NCBI GenBank assembly: GCA_963842805.1
Contig: CAWJIA010000016.1
Location: 83,075-147,074, forward strand
Reading direction: 5' to 3'
From: an uncultured Chloroflexia bacterium
GTDB taxonomy: Bacteria; Chloroflexota; Dehalococcoidia; GIF9; UBA5629
DNA length: 64,000 nt
In this document: in pieces, positions 10,133 to 19,648 of the stretch
Layout: the number at the start of each line of letters is the position of its first letter
Position numbering within the stretch: the stretch's first letter is position 1
The notes under the pieces: generated by a model
Told to the model about the DNA's origin: nothing
The model's database searches: none
What the model saw: the letters and a program-made list of their open reading frames with translations, nothing else
Position numbers and translations under genes: made by a program

Positions 10133-10507
10133 CTAAAGGCATGCTGCTAAAAACTCGTCAACCAACCTGTCGGCGTTCTCCAATATATCGGCAATTTCTC
10201 CCTTGGTTATCTTATCGACATGGATACCCACAACAACACAGACAGCCTTTTGGGTAAACTTACTTATTGAATGAGCCGCACTTTGGGCAATAACATCATC
10301 CTTATGTCCCATCCTGGTAATTACTGACGCAGAAGTCCTTTTTTCCTTTTGGTCGTACTCACCTACAGCGACGGCGCCAATATGAGCGTTTTCATTGAAG
10401 ATACATACTATCAGGTTGTCGCCCAAGTGACGCGCTGACAGATATACTCGTGCTCTGCCTTTTCCTAAAGCTATCTCGTGTATCTTCATTACCTCAAGGA
10501 AAGCCAA
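10133..10507 (-). CDS. hypothetical small protein immediately downstream of ubiX
   Basis: 124-aa ORF. Its start is 3 nt after the ubiX stop, indicating an operon. No family recognised with confidence; it may be a UbiD/UbiX-system accessory subunit. Confidence 0.45.
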   Translation of the reverse strand: MAFLEVMKIHEIALGKGRARVYLSARHLGDNLIVCIFNENAHIGAVAVGEYDQKEKRTSASVITRMGHKDDVIAQSAAHSISKFTQKAVCVVVGIHVDKITKGEIADILENADRLVDEFLAACL

Positions 10508-10509
10508 TC

Positions 10510-11079
10510 TTACTCAGATGGAAGACCGCTCCATCGGTGAAACAAATTATGCTCTATTCCCAAAACGTCTAATACCTTTCCCACCGTGTGGTCGATGACG
10601 TCTTGAATCGTTTTAGGTTTATGATAAAAAGCAGGAATGGGTGGCATAATGACAGCCCCCATCTCAGACAGCTTCTCCATTTGCCTGATATGACCTAAGT
10701 GAAGGGGCGTTTCTCTTATTAAAAGAATTAACTTCTTGCGCTCCTTTAGTGTGACGTCTCCGGCACGGATCAACAAGTTTTCATTATACGAGTTAGCCAA
10801 TGCAGACATTGTTCTTATTGTGCATGGCGCTATTACCATGCCATCTTGCCTGAACGAACCGCTCGAGACGCAAGCTCCAATGTCGTTGATGTTGTAGTAG
10901 AAGCTGGCCATAGCTCGTATTTCGCTAAGTTGCCGATCAATTTCGTGTCTTATAACTAGTTGTCCAGCTTCAGAAATGATGAGATGCGTTTCAATCTCTT
11001 TCATAGTAGAAAGCACCTCCAGCAATCTAACGCCATATATAACACCTGATGCACCTGTAATCCCTATTATCAGCCGCAT
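10510..11079 (-). CDS. ubiX: flavin prenyltransferase UbiX/Pad1 (prFMN synthase)
   Basis: MRLIIGITGASGVIYGVRLLEVL is a typical UbiX flavoprotein N-terminus. At 189 aa the length fits. Confidence 0.85.
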   Translation of the reverse strand: MRLIIGITGASGVIYGVRLLEVLSTMKEIETHLIISEAGQLVIRHEIDRQLSEIRAMASFYYNINDIGACVSSGSFRQDGMVIAPCTIRTMSALANSYNENLLIRAGDVTLKERKKLILLIRETPLHLGHIRQMEKLSEMGAVIMPPIPAFYHKPKTIQDVIDHTVGKVLDVLGIEHNLFHRWSGLPSE

Positions 11080-11193
11080 GTTCGACCTTCCATCTGCAAA
11101 GATGCTAGAGTGAGCAATTCATCAACTGTTTTTTCGCGCTCAAGCAGGTTAGTCTTATTGTAACAACTTTTTGTTGATATATGTTCCACGACT

Positions 11194-12432
11194 TCACCTA
11201 ACGCTTTTCACCTTTACATTTTGAACAATTAGTCGGAACTCATCTTCGGTCAATAAACGCCCAACCTCATAGCCCTTTTGTTTAACTTTCTCGATAACCT
11301 CTCGACCTTCTTCCTCGGTCAGTTTCGTGCCCATTTTATCTGCCCATAATAGAACATTATCCAGTCCGCTTTTCTTGCCAATTACCACCTCAGGCTCTTT
11401 ATGTCCAACGAACTTGGGCGCAACAGGGTGCATAATTGTGGGGTAATGCAATTGGGTGTTTTTGAACATACTGACAGTGAGTCCGCCTTCCATAGCATTT
11501 AATAGATCTCCTACAAACGGTCGATTAGGCGGCATTCCAGCAAGCTCATCCACCAGCTTAGAAAGCTCAGTAAGTTTATCGTATTTGATGCCTACATCGA
11601 TTCCGTACAGGATCAAAAGCGCCATCACAGTCTCCGCCATAGAGCAGTTACCACTCCCCTCACCTATCCCATTAACTGTTGAATGAATGACCTCGCCACC
11701 AGCTAGTACAGCCATCACAGTATTGGCTGAAGCCATACCAAAATTGTTATGAAAGTGGATTTCCAATGGTTTCTTTATCTTTTCCTTGACAGTCTTTGTG
11801 TAGTAGCTTGCACCGTGCGGAGACAGTGCACCGAAAGTATCCACCAGTGTGAGAGCATCCATGTGTCCTTCCATAGCGATTTTGTTAATAACATTTAGAT
11901 ACCACTCCATACCCGCTCTGGTAGCGTCCATGGGGAAAAAAACTACATACAGTCCCTGTTCATGCGCAAATCGAGTTGCTTCAATTGGAAGGGCTAGGGC
12001 TTTCTCCAAGGGCCAGCCGTATGCATGTTTGATAAGATGTTCAGAGACAGGGATCTCTATCTGTACGCCACTCACCCCACAATCAACTGCCCTTTTTACA
12101 TCATCAACCATACAGCGTGAGAAGCAGAAAATTTGGGGGCCGAGGTTGCGTTTCACTATCTCCTTAATTGCAGCTTCATCTTGAGGAGTCACTGCCGGCA
12201 TTCCAGCTTCAATCCGGTGAACCCCAGCTTCAGCCAACTTTTCTGCAATGCGAATCTTATCATCCGTAGTGAACACGATGCCAGCTTGCTGCTCCCCGTC
12301 ACGCAAGGTAACATCATGAATTTTGACCTGTTTTGGGGGCTTGAAATCATCGGTCACCTCTGGTAAAAAGTTCCAAGGACTGACAAACCAATTTTCTGTG
12401 TTCCATGGTTGCCCCTTATCTATTTTCGACAT
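11194..12432 (-). CDS. DRE-TIM metallolyase (HMGL-like; 2-isopropylmalate/homocitrate synthase family) protein
   Basis: KIHDVTLRDGEQQAGIVFTTDDKIRIAEKLAEAGVHRIEAG is the pyruvate carboxyltransferase/HMGL-like domain. A downstream HFHNNFGMA motif is present. Exact specificity is unknown. Confidence 0.65.
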   Translation of the reverse strand: MSKIDKGQPWNTENWFVSPWNFLPEVTDDFKPPKQVKIHDVTLRDGEQQAGIVFTTDDKIRIAEKLAEAGVHRIEAGMPAVTPQDEAAIKEIVKRNLGPQIFCFSRCMVDDVKRAVDCGVSGVQIEIPVSEHLIKHAYGWPLEKALALPIEATRFAHEQGLYVVFFPMDATRAGMEWYLNVINKIAMEGHMDALTLVDTFGALSPHGASYYTKTVKEKIKKPLEIHFHNNFGMASANTVMAVLAGGEVIHSTVNGIGEGSGNCSMAETVMALLILYGIDVGIKYDKLTELSKLVDELAGMPPNRPFVGDLLNAMEGGLTVSMFKNTQLHYPTIMHPVAPKFVGHKEPEVVIGKKSGLDNVLLWADKMGTKLTEEEGREVIEKVKQKGYEVGRLLTEDEFRLIVQNVKVKSVR

Positions 12433-12470
12433 AAATGCCTCCTTTTCGTATCATCTTCTGCTTCTTGATT

Positions 12471-13484
12471 CTAATGTAGTGCTTTCTCAAGAATCTCCAC
12501 CAAGTCAATAACCTTCACGTTGGCCTTTGTATGCCTTGCTGCTCTCTTAAGTTGCATCATACAACTGGGGCAACTTGTTGCGATTATAGAGGCTCCTGTT
12601 GCTAATAATTCCTCGAGTCTTCCCATAGCCAACCTCTGAGACAAAGCTGGATGACTCATCTCTAGTCCACCTCCACCGCAGCAAGTAGACCATTGCTTAC
12701 ACTGCTCAGTTTTTGGCTCCCTCAACTCCAAACCCTCAATACGGCTCATAATCTCTCTGGGCTCGTTAATGATATTGAGATATCTGGAAAGTTGGCAGGG
12801 ATCATGGTAGGTTACCACAAGCTTCTCATGTAGTTTTGGTTTTATTTCTGTTTGTTGTAATCTCTCAGCAACAATTTCAAGGAAATGCTTGACCTCGAAG
12901 TCATAGTGCTCAATGAATTTTGGGTAAAGATTTTGCAGAGAGGAAGTACAAGCTGGGATGATCCCTATTATTTTCTTTACTCTAAGAGACTTGAGCAATT
13001 CGAAGTTCTTTTTGGCGTTTTCGATATACTTATCTACAAAACCCGCATAATAGATCGGAGATCCACAGCATGGCTCATCCTCGTATAGATACCCTATATC
13101 AACTGTAAGCTTGCGAAGAACATAGACTGCGCTCGTAAGACATTTTGTATACGGGTCTTGTTTCCCGGCCGAAGTAAGCTCGGCGGTGATGCTCGTTATG
13201 TCAATACCCGCTTTGCCAAAAGTCTTGCCCAGACTTATGCCTTTGTCCATACCTAGACCTATTCTCTCCATCCTGCCAACTGCATCCATCATTCCCTCAG
13301 CATACCTCATGAATTGATAGCCACAACCAGCGAAAAATGTGTATTCGGCTTGTTTTGGTAGATCGAGACCTTTTGCCCATGCAGCCTTATCTTGAGCAAC
13401 GCCCACAATGTTGCCTTCGTTTATTATATTGTCCTTGATGTAGTTGTAACCTTCAGGCACTATGCCCTTGAGAGATTTGTTCAT
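12471..13484 (-). CDS. CCG-domain Fe-S protein (GlcF/HdrD/LutA-like C-terminal half)
   Basis: Two cysteine-rich CCG motifs: CCGSPIYYAGF and TCCGGGGLEMSHPAL. The likely start is ATG at 13482-13484 (MNKSLKG), which overlaps the stop of the upstream ferredoxin-domain ORF as ATGA. The track ORF extends to 13613. Confidence 0.7.
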   Translation of the reverse strand: MNKSLKGIVPEGYNYIKDNIINEGNIVGVAQDKAAWAKGLDLPKQAEYTFFAGCGYQFMRYAEGMMDAVGRMERIGLGMDKGISLGKTFGKAGIDITSITAELTSAGKQDPYTKCLTSAVYVLRKLTVDIGYLYEDEPCCGSPIYYAGFVDKYIENAKKNFELLKSLRVKKIIGIIPACTSSLQNLYPKFIEHYDFEVKHFLEIVAERLQQTEIKPKLHEKLVVTYHDPCQLSRYLNIINEPREIMSRIEGLELREPKTEQCKQWSTCCGGGGLEMSHPALSQRLAMGRLEELLATGASIIATSCPSCMMQLKRAARHTKANVKVIDLVEILEKALH

Positions 13485-13825
13485 CTTTTTCCACCTTCCT
13501 GAGTTTGCGCATCTCTTATTAATAGAGTTCTGGCTTTTACTATGACGTCTGTGGGGTTTGAACCAGTGCCTACTGCCTTGCATCGTTCTTGACACCGGCG
13601 GCAAATTGCACATGAAAATAACAAGTCGCTCAGCTCCTCCGTACTACCCAATCCGTATTTGAAGTGATAGTTTATAGCCAAAATCCTACCTATAGGACTA
13701 TAACTTAGCCATCCCTCATATGTAGGGCAGGCGCTGACGCACATTCTACATTTAAAACATCTCGCTACGCTATCCAGCATTTGAATTTCTAGCTCGTTTA
13801 AACCATTAACAATCATGTCATTCAC
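13481..13825 (-). CDS. 2x[4Fe-4S] ferredoxin-domain protein (GlcF N-terminal half-like)
   Basis: CFKCRMCVSACP and CAICRRCQERC motifs. It sits between the GlcD-like and CCG-domain genes with start/stop coupling. Confidence 0.55.
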   Translation of the reverse strand: MNDMIVNGLNELEIQMLDSVARCFKCRMCVSACPTYEGWLSYSPIGRILAINYHFKYGLGSTEELSDLLFSCAICRRCQERCKAVGTGSNPTDVIVKARTLLIRDAQTQEGGKR

Positions 13826-15239
13826 CTTCCAAATTCCCGGGATTCAATATATTGTTCGGATCGATTGCCTTCTTTATATTCACAAGCATCGAATATGCTG
13901 CTTCACCATATCTTTCTCTCAAGAAGGGTATTCGCCATGCAGTTTGTCCCACTTCTCCAGAGGCACAACCCCACTTTAAATTCAACTCCTTTTCAAGTAA
14001 GAGGGCCTCTTTTCCACATTGCATTGTCTTGGCCGGCGGCCAATTTTCTGGCGTCACCCATAGCGCGTGCAAGTCACATGTACCTATATGGCCGTACATA
14101 AGTATCTTGGCTTCATGTAGTACGCCATAGCTGTGGTCTATCTTTATGTACTGCAAGGCATCGGCAAGATGACTCAATGGCACTGCAGCCTCAAGTCCTC
14201 CCGAGTTATAAAGTTTTTCCTTTCCCTCGCCGGTTTGCAAAATGTTTAATATGTTGTCACGTGCTTCCCAATAGCTTTCTCTCTCATGCCACGATGTAAC
14301 AACATGAGCATCGACCGCCCTTTCGGTCTGAAAGACTTTCACTATCTCATGGGCGCGGCGATCGGCCTCCTCCTGGGTGTAACCTGTTGTTACCGCCAAA
14401 GCCATATTACCTTGTGGTTTTCCCAAACCCCTCAACTTGAACGGTGCTACACAGGCTTCCGCATCTAAGTACTCTCCATATAAAGGGGGCGGTAATTTCT
14501 GTCTGTAAATCTTCATAAAAGCATGTGCGATATCGGTAATCTCTGGGAAAAAACCAACAACATTAGCCTTCTTGAAATCTGGAAGCAGACGCATTCTAAT
14601 TCTGGTGATAACTCCGAACAACCCCTCGGTTCCAGCGAAAAATCTCGTATAATCAATCCCAGCAGGCTTCCTGATGCTTCTGGTACCGGTTTCTATAATT
14701 TCACCATTGGGTAAAACTACCTCGACACCCATCACGTGGTCTATTATTTTCCCCAAACATATATCGACCATGTGCCCAATAGTGTTTATGGCAACTGCAC
14801 CACCTATTGTGGCTGAGAATTTACTACCTATATTCATAGGCAGAAAATATCCGTGCTCTAGTAGCGCTCTTTCTAAATCAAGTTGATTTACTCCGGCACC
14901 AACCTCGAAATATAAATCCTCTTCGTACATTTCAAAGTGTTTAAGCCCCTGCGTGCTGAGGAGTATGCTACCTGGGCGTTTTGGTCTTGATGAACCCTTA
15001 AAAGCAGTACCTGAACCGTGAATGTAAACAGGAATTCTTTGTTTATTTGCGTATTGCAACATCTTAGCCACTGCTTGTGTTGAAGTAGGCTTGACAACCA
15101 CAAGAGGTATCTGGCTAGCTTCAAGGTCGGCTCCTCCTGAATCGTGGCCATACCCTATCCTTTCATAGATGCTGTCTGAAATGTTTTCCTTGCCGACAAT
15201 GGATGTCAAATCTTGGATTAGACTTTTGTGCTGAACCAT
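13818..15239 (-). CDS. FAD-linked oxidase (GlcD/D-lactate dehydrogenase-like, PCMH-type FAD-binding domain)
   Basis: 473-aa ORF with LEASQIPLVVVKPTSTQAVAKMLQYANKQRIPVYIHGSGTAF, the pattern of an FAD_binding_4 domain. Confidence 0.75.
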   Translation of the reverse strand: MVQHKSLIQDLTSIVGKENISDSIYERIGYGHDSGGADLEASQIPLVVVKPTSTQAVAKMLQYANKQRIPVYIHGSGTAFKGSSRPKRPGSILLSTQGLKHFEMYEEDLYFEVGAGVNQLDLERALLEHGYFLPMNIGSKFSATIGGAVAINTIGHMVDICLGKIIDHVMGVEVVLPNGEIIETGTRSIRKPAGIDYTRFFAGTEGLFGVITRIRMRLLPDFKKANVVGFFPEITDIAHAFMKIYRQKLPPPLYGEYLDAEACVAPFKLRGLGKPQGNMALAVTTGYTQEEADRRAHEIVKVFQTERAVDAHVVTSWHERESYWEARDNILNILQTGEGKEKLYNSGGLEAAVPLSHLADALQYIKIDHSYGVLHEAKILMYGHIGTCDLHALWVTPENWPPAKTMQCGKEALLLEKELNLKWGCASGEVGQTAWRIPFLRERYGEAAYSMLVNIKKAIDPNNILNPGNLEGE

Positions 15240-15390
15240 ATAAATTACTCTCCCTCTTTACTGTGTTGTCTCAAATATGCAAGTATTCAGGTCGGTTCGG
15301 AAGTGTCTAGAATTCCCCTCCGGATAAATTTTCGTAAGCTATTAAATAAACTGTTAACTGCATTCGCGTCAAGAATCGTTGTAATGACAT

Positions 15391-16053
15391 TCAAGGAACC
15401 GACCTGCGGCTTTTTGGGTCACCACTGCTGTTTGGATAGTTTAAAAGACTCAAAATTTTGTCTACCCCTTGCTTCAAATATTGCTCAATCTCACTAACGG
15501 TTTGCTTAGCAAATTCATCAGAAAAGGCGTAATCACAAGTATCAGGAATATATGCCGGAATGTTTAGAGAATCTTCTATGACGGTGGGCCCTGACACCGC
15601 GAAAACCTCTCTAAAGGTAAACACCTTCCCCTGGCTTTGCGGATATTGAGATAATATTGCAGCTTTCTGTACATGTTCCATAGTAATGATCAGATGCGCT
15701 CGGTTCGCCATCTTTCCATCGAAAGGTGCTGACCTGTGACTTGAGATATCTATACCTTTATTAAGGCAAATGTCTATGATTTGTTGGGGAGGATGACTAC
15801 CGAACCTAGGTACGGGTATACCCAATTGGTTTGATAATTGCACGACGTCTTCAGTAACGATTCCTGCGGATGACACTGCGATACTGCCGGCCAGATTAAT
15901 ATAATCTTGTTGTAGCAGTTTGCATAAGAAATACTCTGCGATCGCACTTCGGCAACGATTGAAGGTGCAAGTAAAGATAACCAACCGCCACTGCTTGTCT
16001 GCTGTTTCAATTTGTGAACTTCGCTCTATCGTACTGTGATTTGCGTTATGCAT
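15391..16053 (-). CDS. low-molecular-weight phosphotyrosine phosphatase / ArsC-family protein
   Basis: P-loop VIFTCTFNRCRS (CX5R(S/T)) is the LMW-PTP signature. At 220 aa it is somewhat long, so the start is uncertain. Confidence 0.6.
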   Translation of the reverse strand: MHNANHSTIERSSQIETADKQWRLVIFTCTFNRCRSAIAEYFLCKLLQQDYINLAGSIAVSSAGIVTEDVVQLSNQLGIPVPRFGSHPPQQIIDICLNKGIDISSHRSAPFDGKMANRAHLIITMEHVQKAAILSQYPQSQGKVFTFREVFAVSGPTVIEDSLNIPAYIPDTCDYAFSDEFAKQTVSEIEQYLKQGVDKILSLLNYPNSSGDPKSRRSVP

Positions 16054-16079
16054 AACTTTATCTCATGCAGTATGAGAAA

Positions 16080-16856
16080 TTAAAGCGTTATTCTGTTTTC
16101 AGCAAAAAATATTTGCCCCGATATGTTTTCGTACTTGGTTAGATTGACAACGAAACGCGCAAACTCTTCGGGTGTTTGATTGCGTCCTAGAAGACCTCCT
16201 CCCACCTCACCTGGCCTGAAGACCCACTCCATTCTAGGATGAACGACAGGTCCCGGAATTACGATATTTACTTTTATGTTGTATTGCCCCAATTCTATCG
16301 CAGCAGTTCTACTTAAGCCAATGAGCCCACCCTTAGCTGCGGCGTAGGCCGCGTTGCCTGCTCGTCCCCGCAATCCAATAGCTCCGCCAATATTTATAAT
16401 ATGTCCGCCTCCCTGCTTTATCATGTGCGGAGCTACAGCTTTAATACAATTGAAGGGGCCAGTTAATTGTGAACTTAGAAACCATCCCCATTCATCATTT
16501 CCCATATCGACTATTGACGTGCCTTCCTTTTTACTGCCAGTAGCAAATTCGGTATTCATAGGCCAAGCCCCGGCATTATTCACAAGAATATCGATGCTTT
16601 TCCACATCTTCAACGTTTCTGCAACCATTGCCTCCACTTCTTGATAATTCCCGACATCGGCTTTGAATGCGACGGCCGCACCTGGACCTGCCCTATTGAT
16701 TTGCTCAGCAATACCCTGAGCTGCGTCTTTGGACCTATTGTAGTTTACTATCACCTTAGCTCCTTTGGTCGCAAACTGGAGCGCCATCTGACTTCCCAAG
16801 CCACCAGAGGCACCAGTAACTATTGCAATCCTTCCTGTTAACTTATCGTTGTCCAT
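16080..16856 (-). CDS. short-chain dehydrogenase/reductase (SDR)
   Basis: IAIVTGASGGLGSQMALQFATKGAKVIV (TGxxxGxG), with a YxxxK region. Confidence 0.8.
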   Translation of the reverse strand: MDNDKLTGRIAIVTGASGGLGSQMALQFATKGAKVIVNYNRSKDAAQGIAEQINRAGPGAAVAFKADVGNYQEVEAMVAETLKMWKSIDILVNNAGAWPMNTEFATGSKKEGTSIVDMGNDEWGWFLSSQLTGPFNCIKAVAPHMIKQGGGHIINIGGAIGLRGRAGNAAYAAAKGGLIGLSRTAAIELGQYNIKVNIVIPGPVVHPRMEWVFRPGEVGGGLLGRNQTPEEFARFVVNLTKYENISGQIFFAENRITL

Positions 16857-17085
16857 CTATTACTCCCAAGACATTATCATTATGCACTAAATATTACGCT
16901 GTAACCGTGTCGCGGCTTTGTTTACCAAATCAATATCAAAGCCGAATTTAGCATGTGGTCATAAGTCACTAACTGAAACCACCGACTGGGGCTTCCTTAT
17001 CCCTATAAAAGCCCCAGTCGGCGTTCAAAACCCTTTATAACTAATTCCTGTCTGAATCCGGGGCACCGCCAACAGATAAAGGTGT

Positions 17086-18762
17086 CTAGTTACTAAGAAT
17101 TTTCACTGTGCCCTGATTAGCGTCCATCTTTATCTTCATCCCAGTTTTCAGCTTTTTCGAGGCTTCCTCGTTCGTGTTAATTATCACAGGTATACCGGAC
17201 TCACGACCCACTATAGCAGCATGCGATAGGCTTCCTCCGTGATCGACAATAGCCCCTTTGATTATGCTAAAAAGCGGTGTCCAGCTCGAGTAAGTGGTGA
17301 CGGCAACTAAGATATCACCGGCTTGAACTTCTTTGAATTGTGCCTCGCTGAGTACAACTCTTGCCGTTCCTTCAACAACGCCAGGAGCACCACAAATGCC
17401 ATAAAGATCGGCCTTCAGTTCGGGTCTCACCTTTGGTATTGCACCTACAACTAGCTTCTCCAAAATAATATCTGTAACAATAAGCGGACCTGCCTGCTCA
17501 ATGGTCATTTTGCCGAAAGTCATGGGTGGTATGGTCTTGCAATTTTCCTCCCATTTTGCGCGTCGCCGGCTGACTGTCTGGCGGTGGTTGAACATATTGG
17601 GCATTAGAATTGCGCGTTCGATCTCAGGCGGCGTCAAAAAGAATATGTCTTCTGGGTCATCAATGCTCTTAGCCTTTGCAAACCTTCTGCCACACTCTTT
17701 AAGTAATCTGCGCATTAAACCATTAGCGTGATGATCGAGATAGTGGTTATGCTCCGGACTAAAGCCTACAGCTTTTGGAGTTATTTCTAGTAGATGTTTG
17801 AACCAATCCCTTTTGTCTCGCGGGATCTTACTGATAGCTTCTTTTGCTGCTTCGTCTCTTTGCTTGAGCGAGTCCTTCATCAGCTCATCCTGGCTAAACT
17901 TTCCTCCTTTAGTCAAAGCCTGCTTCACAAATAATATGGCAGGCGTGGGATCTTCTATCCAGGGTGCAGAGGCAGGCCCGTAGAATTCGGTGAACCTTGG
18001 CACTCTCCAACCACGGGTCTTCAAGAAGTCACGAAATTCCTTCACCCACTGTTTACCCTTGGCACTTTGCTCCAACGCCGCGAGTACATCATGTTCCGGG
18101 GTCTTTGCGAACACATTGCTTAATCCCATTTCTTCTGCCTTGACACCTAACTGGTATAGCATCCTGTCCGATTTTTTGAGTTGGTTGTCGTAGCCGCTGA
18201 CCAACCTAAGGAATAGCGGGTCAGTATCACTAATGCCGAGCAGTTCCCGGGCCAGTTCCTCGAACAATCCATAAATGTGGTAAGCTGGGTACATGCCCAA
18301 GAAATGGAGTAACCACATCCGTTTGTTCATTTTCATCATTTCGTCGAAGTGAACCGTCAACTGACCATCGCTAAGCTTATCAAGTTCAAGTGGGTCAAAA
18401 CGATTCCAGTAACCTATCATTTCATCACAAATTGCCCCCCAGGCCTTATCATAGTCCTCAACCCAAGGCTTCATGGCTTCCCTGAACGCAGGTTCTCGAC
18501 TCTTCCTCTCCGCCTCTGACTTTATCACGACAGGTCCAAGATAACAGTAGCTGTTAACTAATGTTGAATAAGAGCCTTTGCTGCTCGGTAAGGATAACAT
18601 CTCCGGTCCTAGAGTCCAACCTGGGGAAAGATGATTTATCCAACACCAGGCGTAAGATGGAGTCCACGGTGGAATGCTGTGAGCAGTATCGAGAATCCAA
18701 ATGTCAAATCCTTCTAGGTCACGTTTTTCATCGTATTCTAATACTGAATATTCCCAACTCAT
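17086..18762 (-). CDS. PEP-utilizing-enzyme family protein with C-terminal phosphohistidine swivel domain; phenylphosphate synthase alpha / rifampin-phosphotransferase-like
   Basis: The C-terminal GICGAPGVVEGTARVV...VTTYSSWTPLFSIIKGAIVDHGGSLSHAAIVGRESGIPVI is the PEP-utilising mobile domain with the catalytic His. The N-terminal ~440 aa is of unknown type (substrate-binding?). Confidence 0.7.
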   Translation of the reverse strand: MSWEYSVLEYDEKRDLEGFDIWILDTAHSIPPWTPSYAWCWINHLSPGWTLGPEMLSLPSSKGSYSTLVNSYCYLGPVVIKSEAERKSREPAFREAMKPWVEDYDKAWGAICDEMIGYWNRFDPLELDKLSDGQLTVHFDEMMKMNKRMWLLHFLGMYPAYHIYGLFEELARELLGISDTDPLFLRLVSGYDNQLKKSDRMLYQLGVKAEEMGLSNVFAKTPEHDVLAALEQSAKGKQWVKEFRDFLKTRGWRVPRFTEFYGPASAPWIEDPTPAILFVKQALTKGGKFSQDELMKDSLKQRDEAAKEAISKIPRDKRDWFKHLLEITPKAVGFSPEHNHYLDHHANGLMRRLLKECGRRFAKAKSIDDPEDIFFLTPPEIERAILMPNMFNHRQTVSRRRAKWEENCKTIPPMTFGKMTIEQAGPLIVTDIILEKLVVGAIPKVRPELKADLYGICGAPGVVEGTARVVLSEAQFKEVQAGDILVAVTTYSSWTPLFSIIKGAIVDHGGSLSHAAIVGRESGIPVIINTNEEASKKLKTGMKIKMDANQGTVKILSN

Positions 18763-19091
18763 AACTTAATTCTCCTCACTTTATTTTTCTAGTATTAATC
18801 CCCGTCTTTATTATTTGATTTTCTTAGATTTGCTACTCACGCACCTCCTTGTTCGTTTCGCGCAATTGGTTCACTCAACATCGTGCTATCAGCATTACAC
18901 GGTACCTTTTTTATTCTTAGATATTATCCCCTCCTAACTAAAGACTCATCAATAAAAGTTGCTACATTGACTTTGGTGGAAAAGGCTAATTTGACCAAGT
19001 TAATGTTTTGCGTATAGCAATCCTTAGTTTTCAAAGGTAGCTATTCTTAGTTTGGGCTTCTATAATCTTTGACTTCTCTTTGTATTCCTCG

Positions 19092-19232
19092 CATTTTACA
19101 GGATAGTGCACACGTAAGTCGTTGTAAATCCCCCAGAGGCGCTATTTGCGCAAGACCAAGGGCTAGTGTGGAATAGCTCTAATGTATTACCAGACTCACA
19201 TATCGCCACTCCTATTTCTTAGCCTATTTCTT
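19092..19232 (-). promoter_or_regulatory. repeat element copy 2 (promoter -35/-10 plus palindrome); homology to the copy-1 region continues to ~19560
   Basis: Minus strand: -35 TTTACA (19123-19128), 17-nt spacer, -10 TATCCT (19100-19105). GCGCTATTTGCGCAA is present. It lies ~330 nt upstream of the gene 17086-18762. Confidence 0.6.
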
Positions 19233-19390
19233 AGCCGCTTTTTTAGGACTTTTGAAAGATTGTCCCATGTGGCTGGGAGCCCTGCGATACGTGAGTAAAT
19301 TACCATGCTACCGGCTTTCCAGTCGATGGAAACAGCGGTGATATCACCATAAACACGTTCCAGGAATGGCAATGGAACCGCGGCATCCAT
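19196..19390 (-). pseudogene. truncated paralog of the receiver-like gene 9657-9983
   Basis: The 64-aa ORF MDAAVPLPFLERVYGDITAVSIDWKAGSMVIYSRIAGLPATWDNL matches the C-terminal half of the 108-aa protein. The 5' half is missing and the flanking homology shows an internal deletion. Confidence 0.5.
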
Positions 19391-19648
19391 TTGCTTAGTA
19401 TCTAGCTCGTCCTGACCTGATACCTGTTAGAAATAACTAGTGCTAATTCCAAGAAAGTCAACTTCCTAGTACGCCGCATTTATCGAATTAAATAGGTTGT
19501 CAATAGGGTGTAGGCCAACAGCAGTATTCTCCGCACATAGACCTTATTTCTGCAACTAACCCTTTTTGGGCTATATTTTGCTTTGCCGAAACCCTTGAAG
19601 TATAATCAATCGTATACTAATTCTTGGACTAAAACAGCGCTTCATTAG

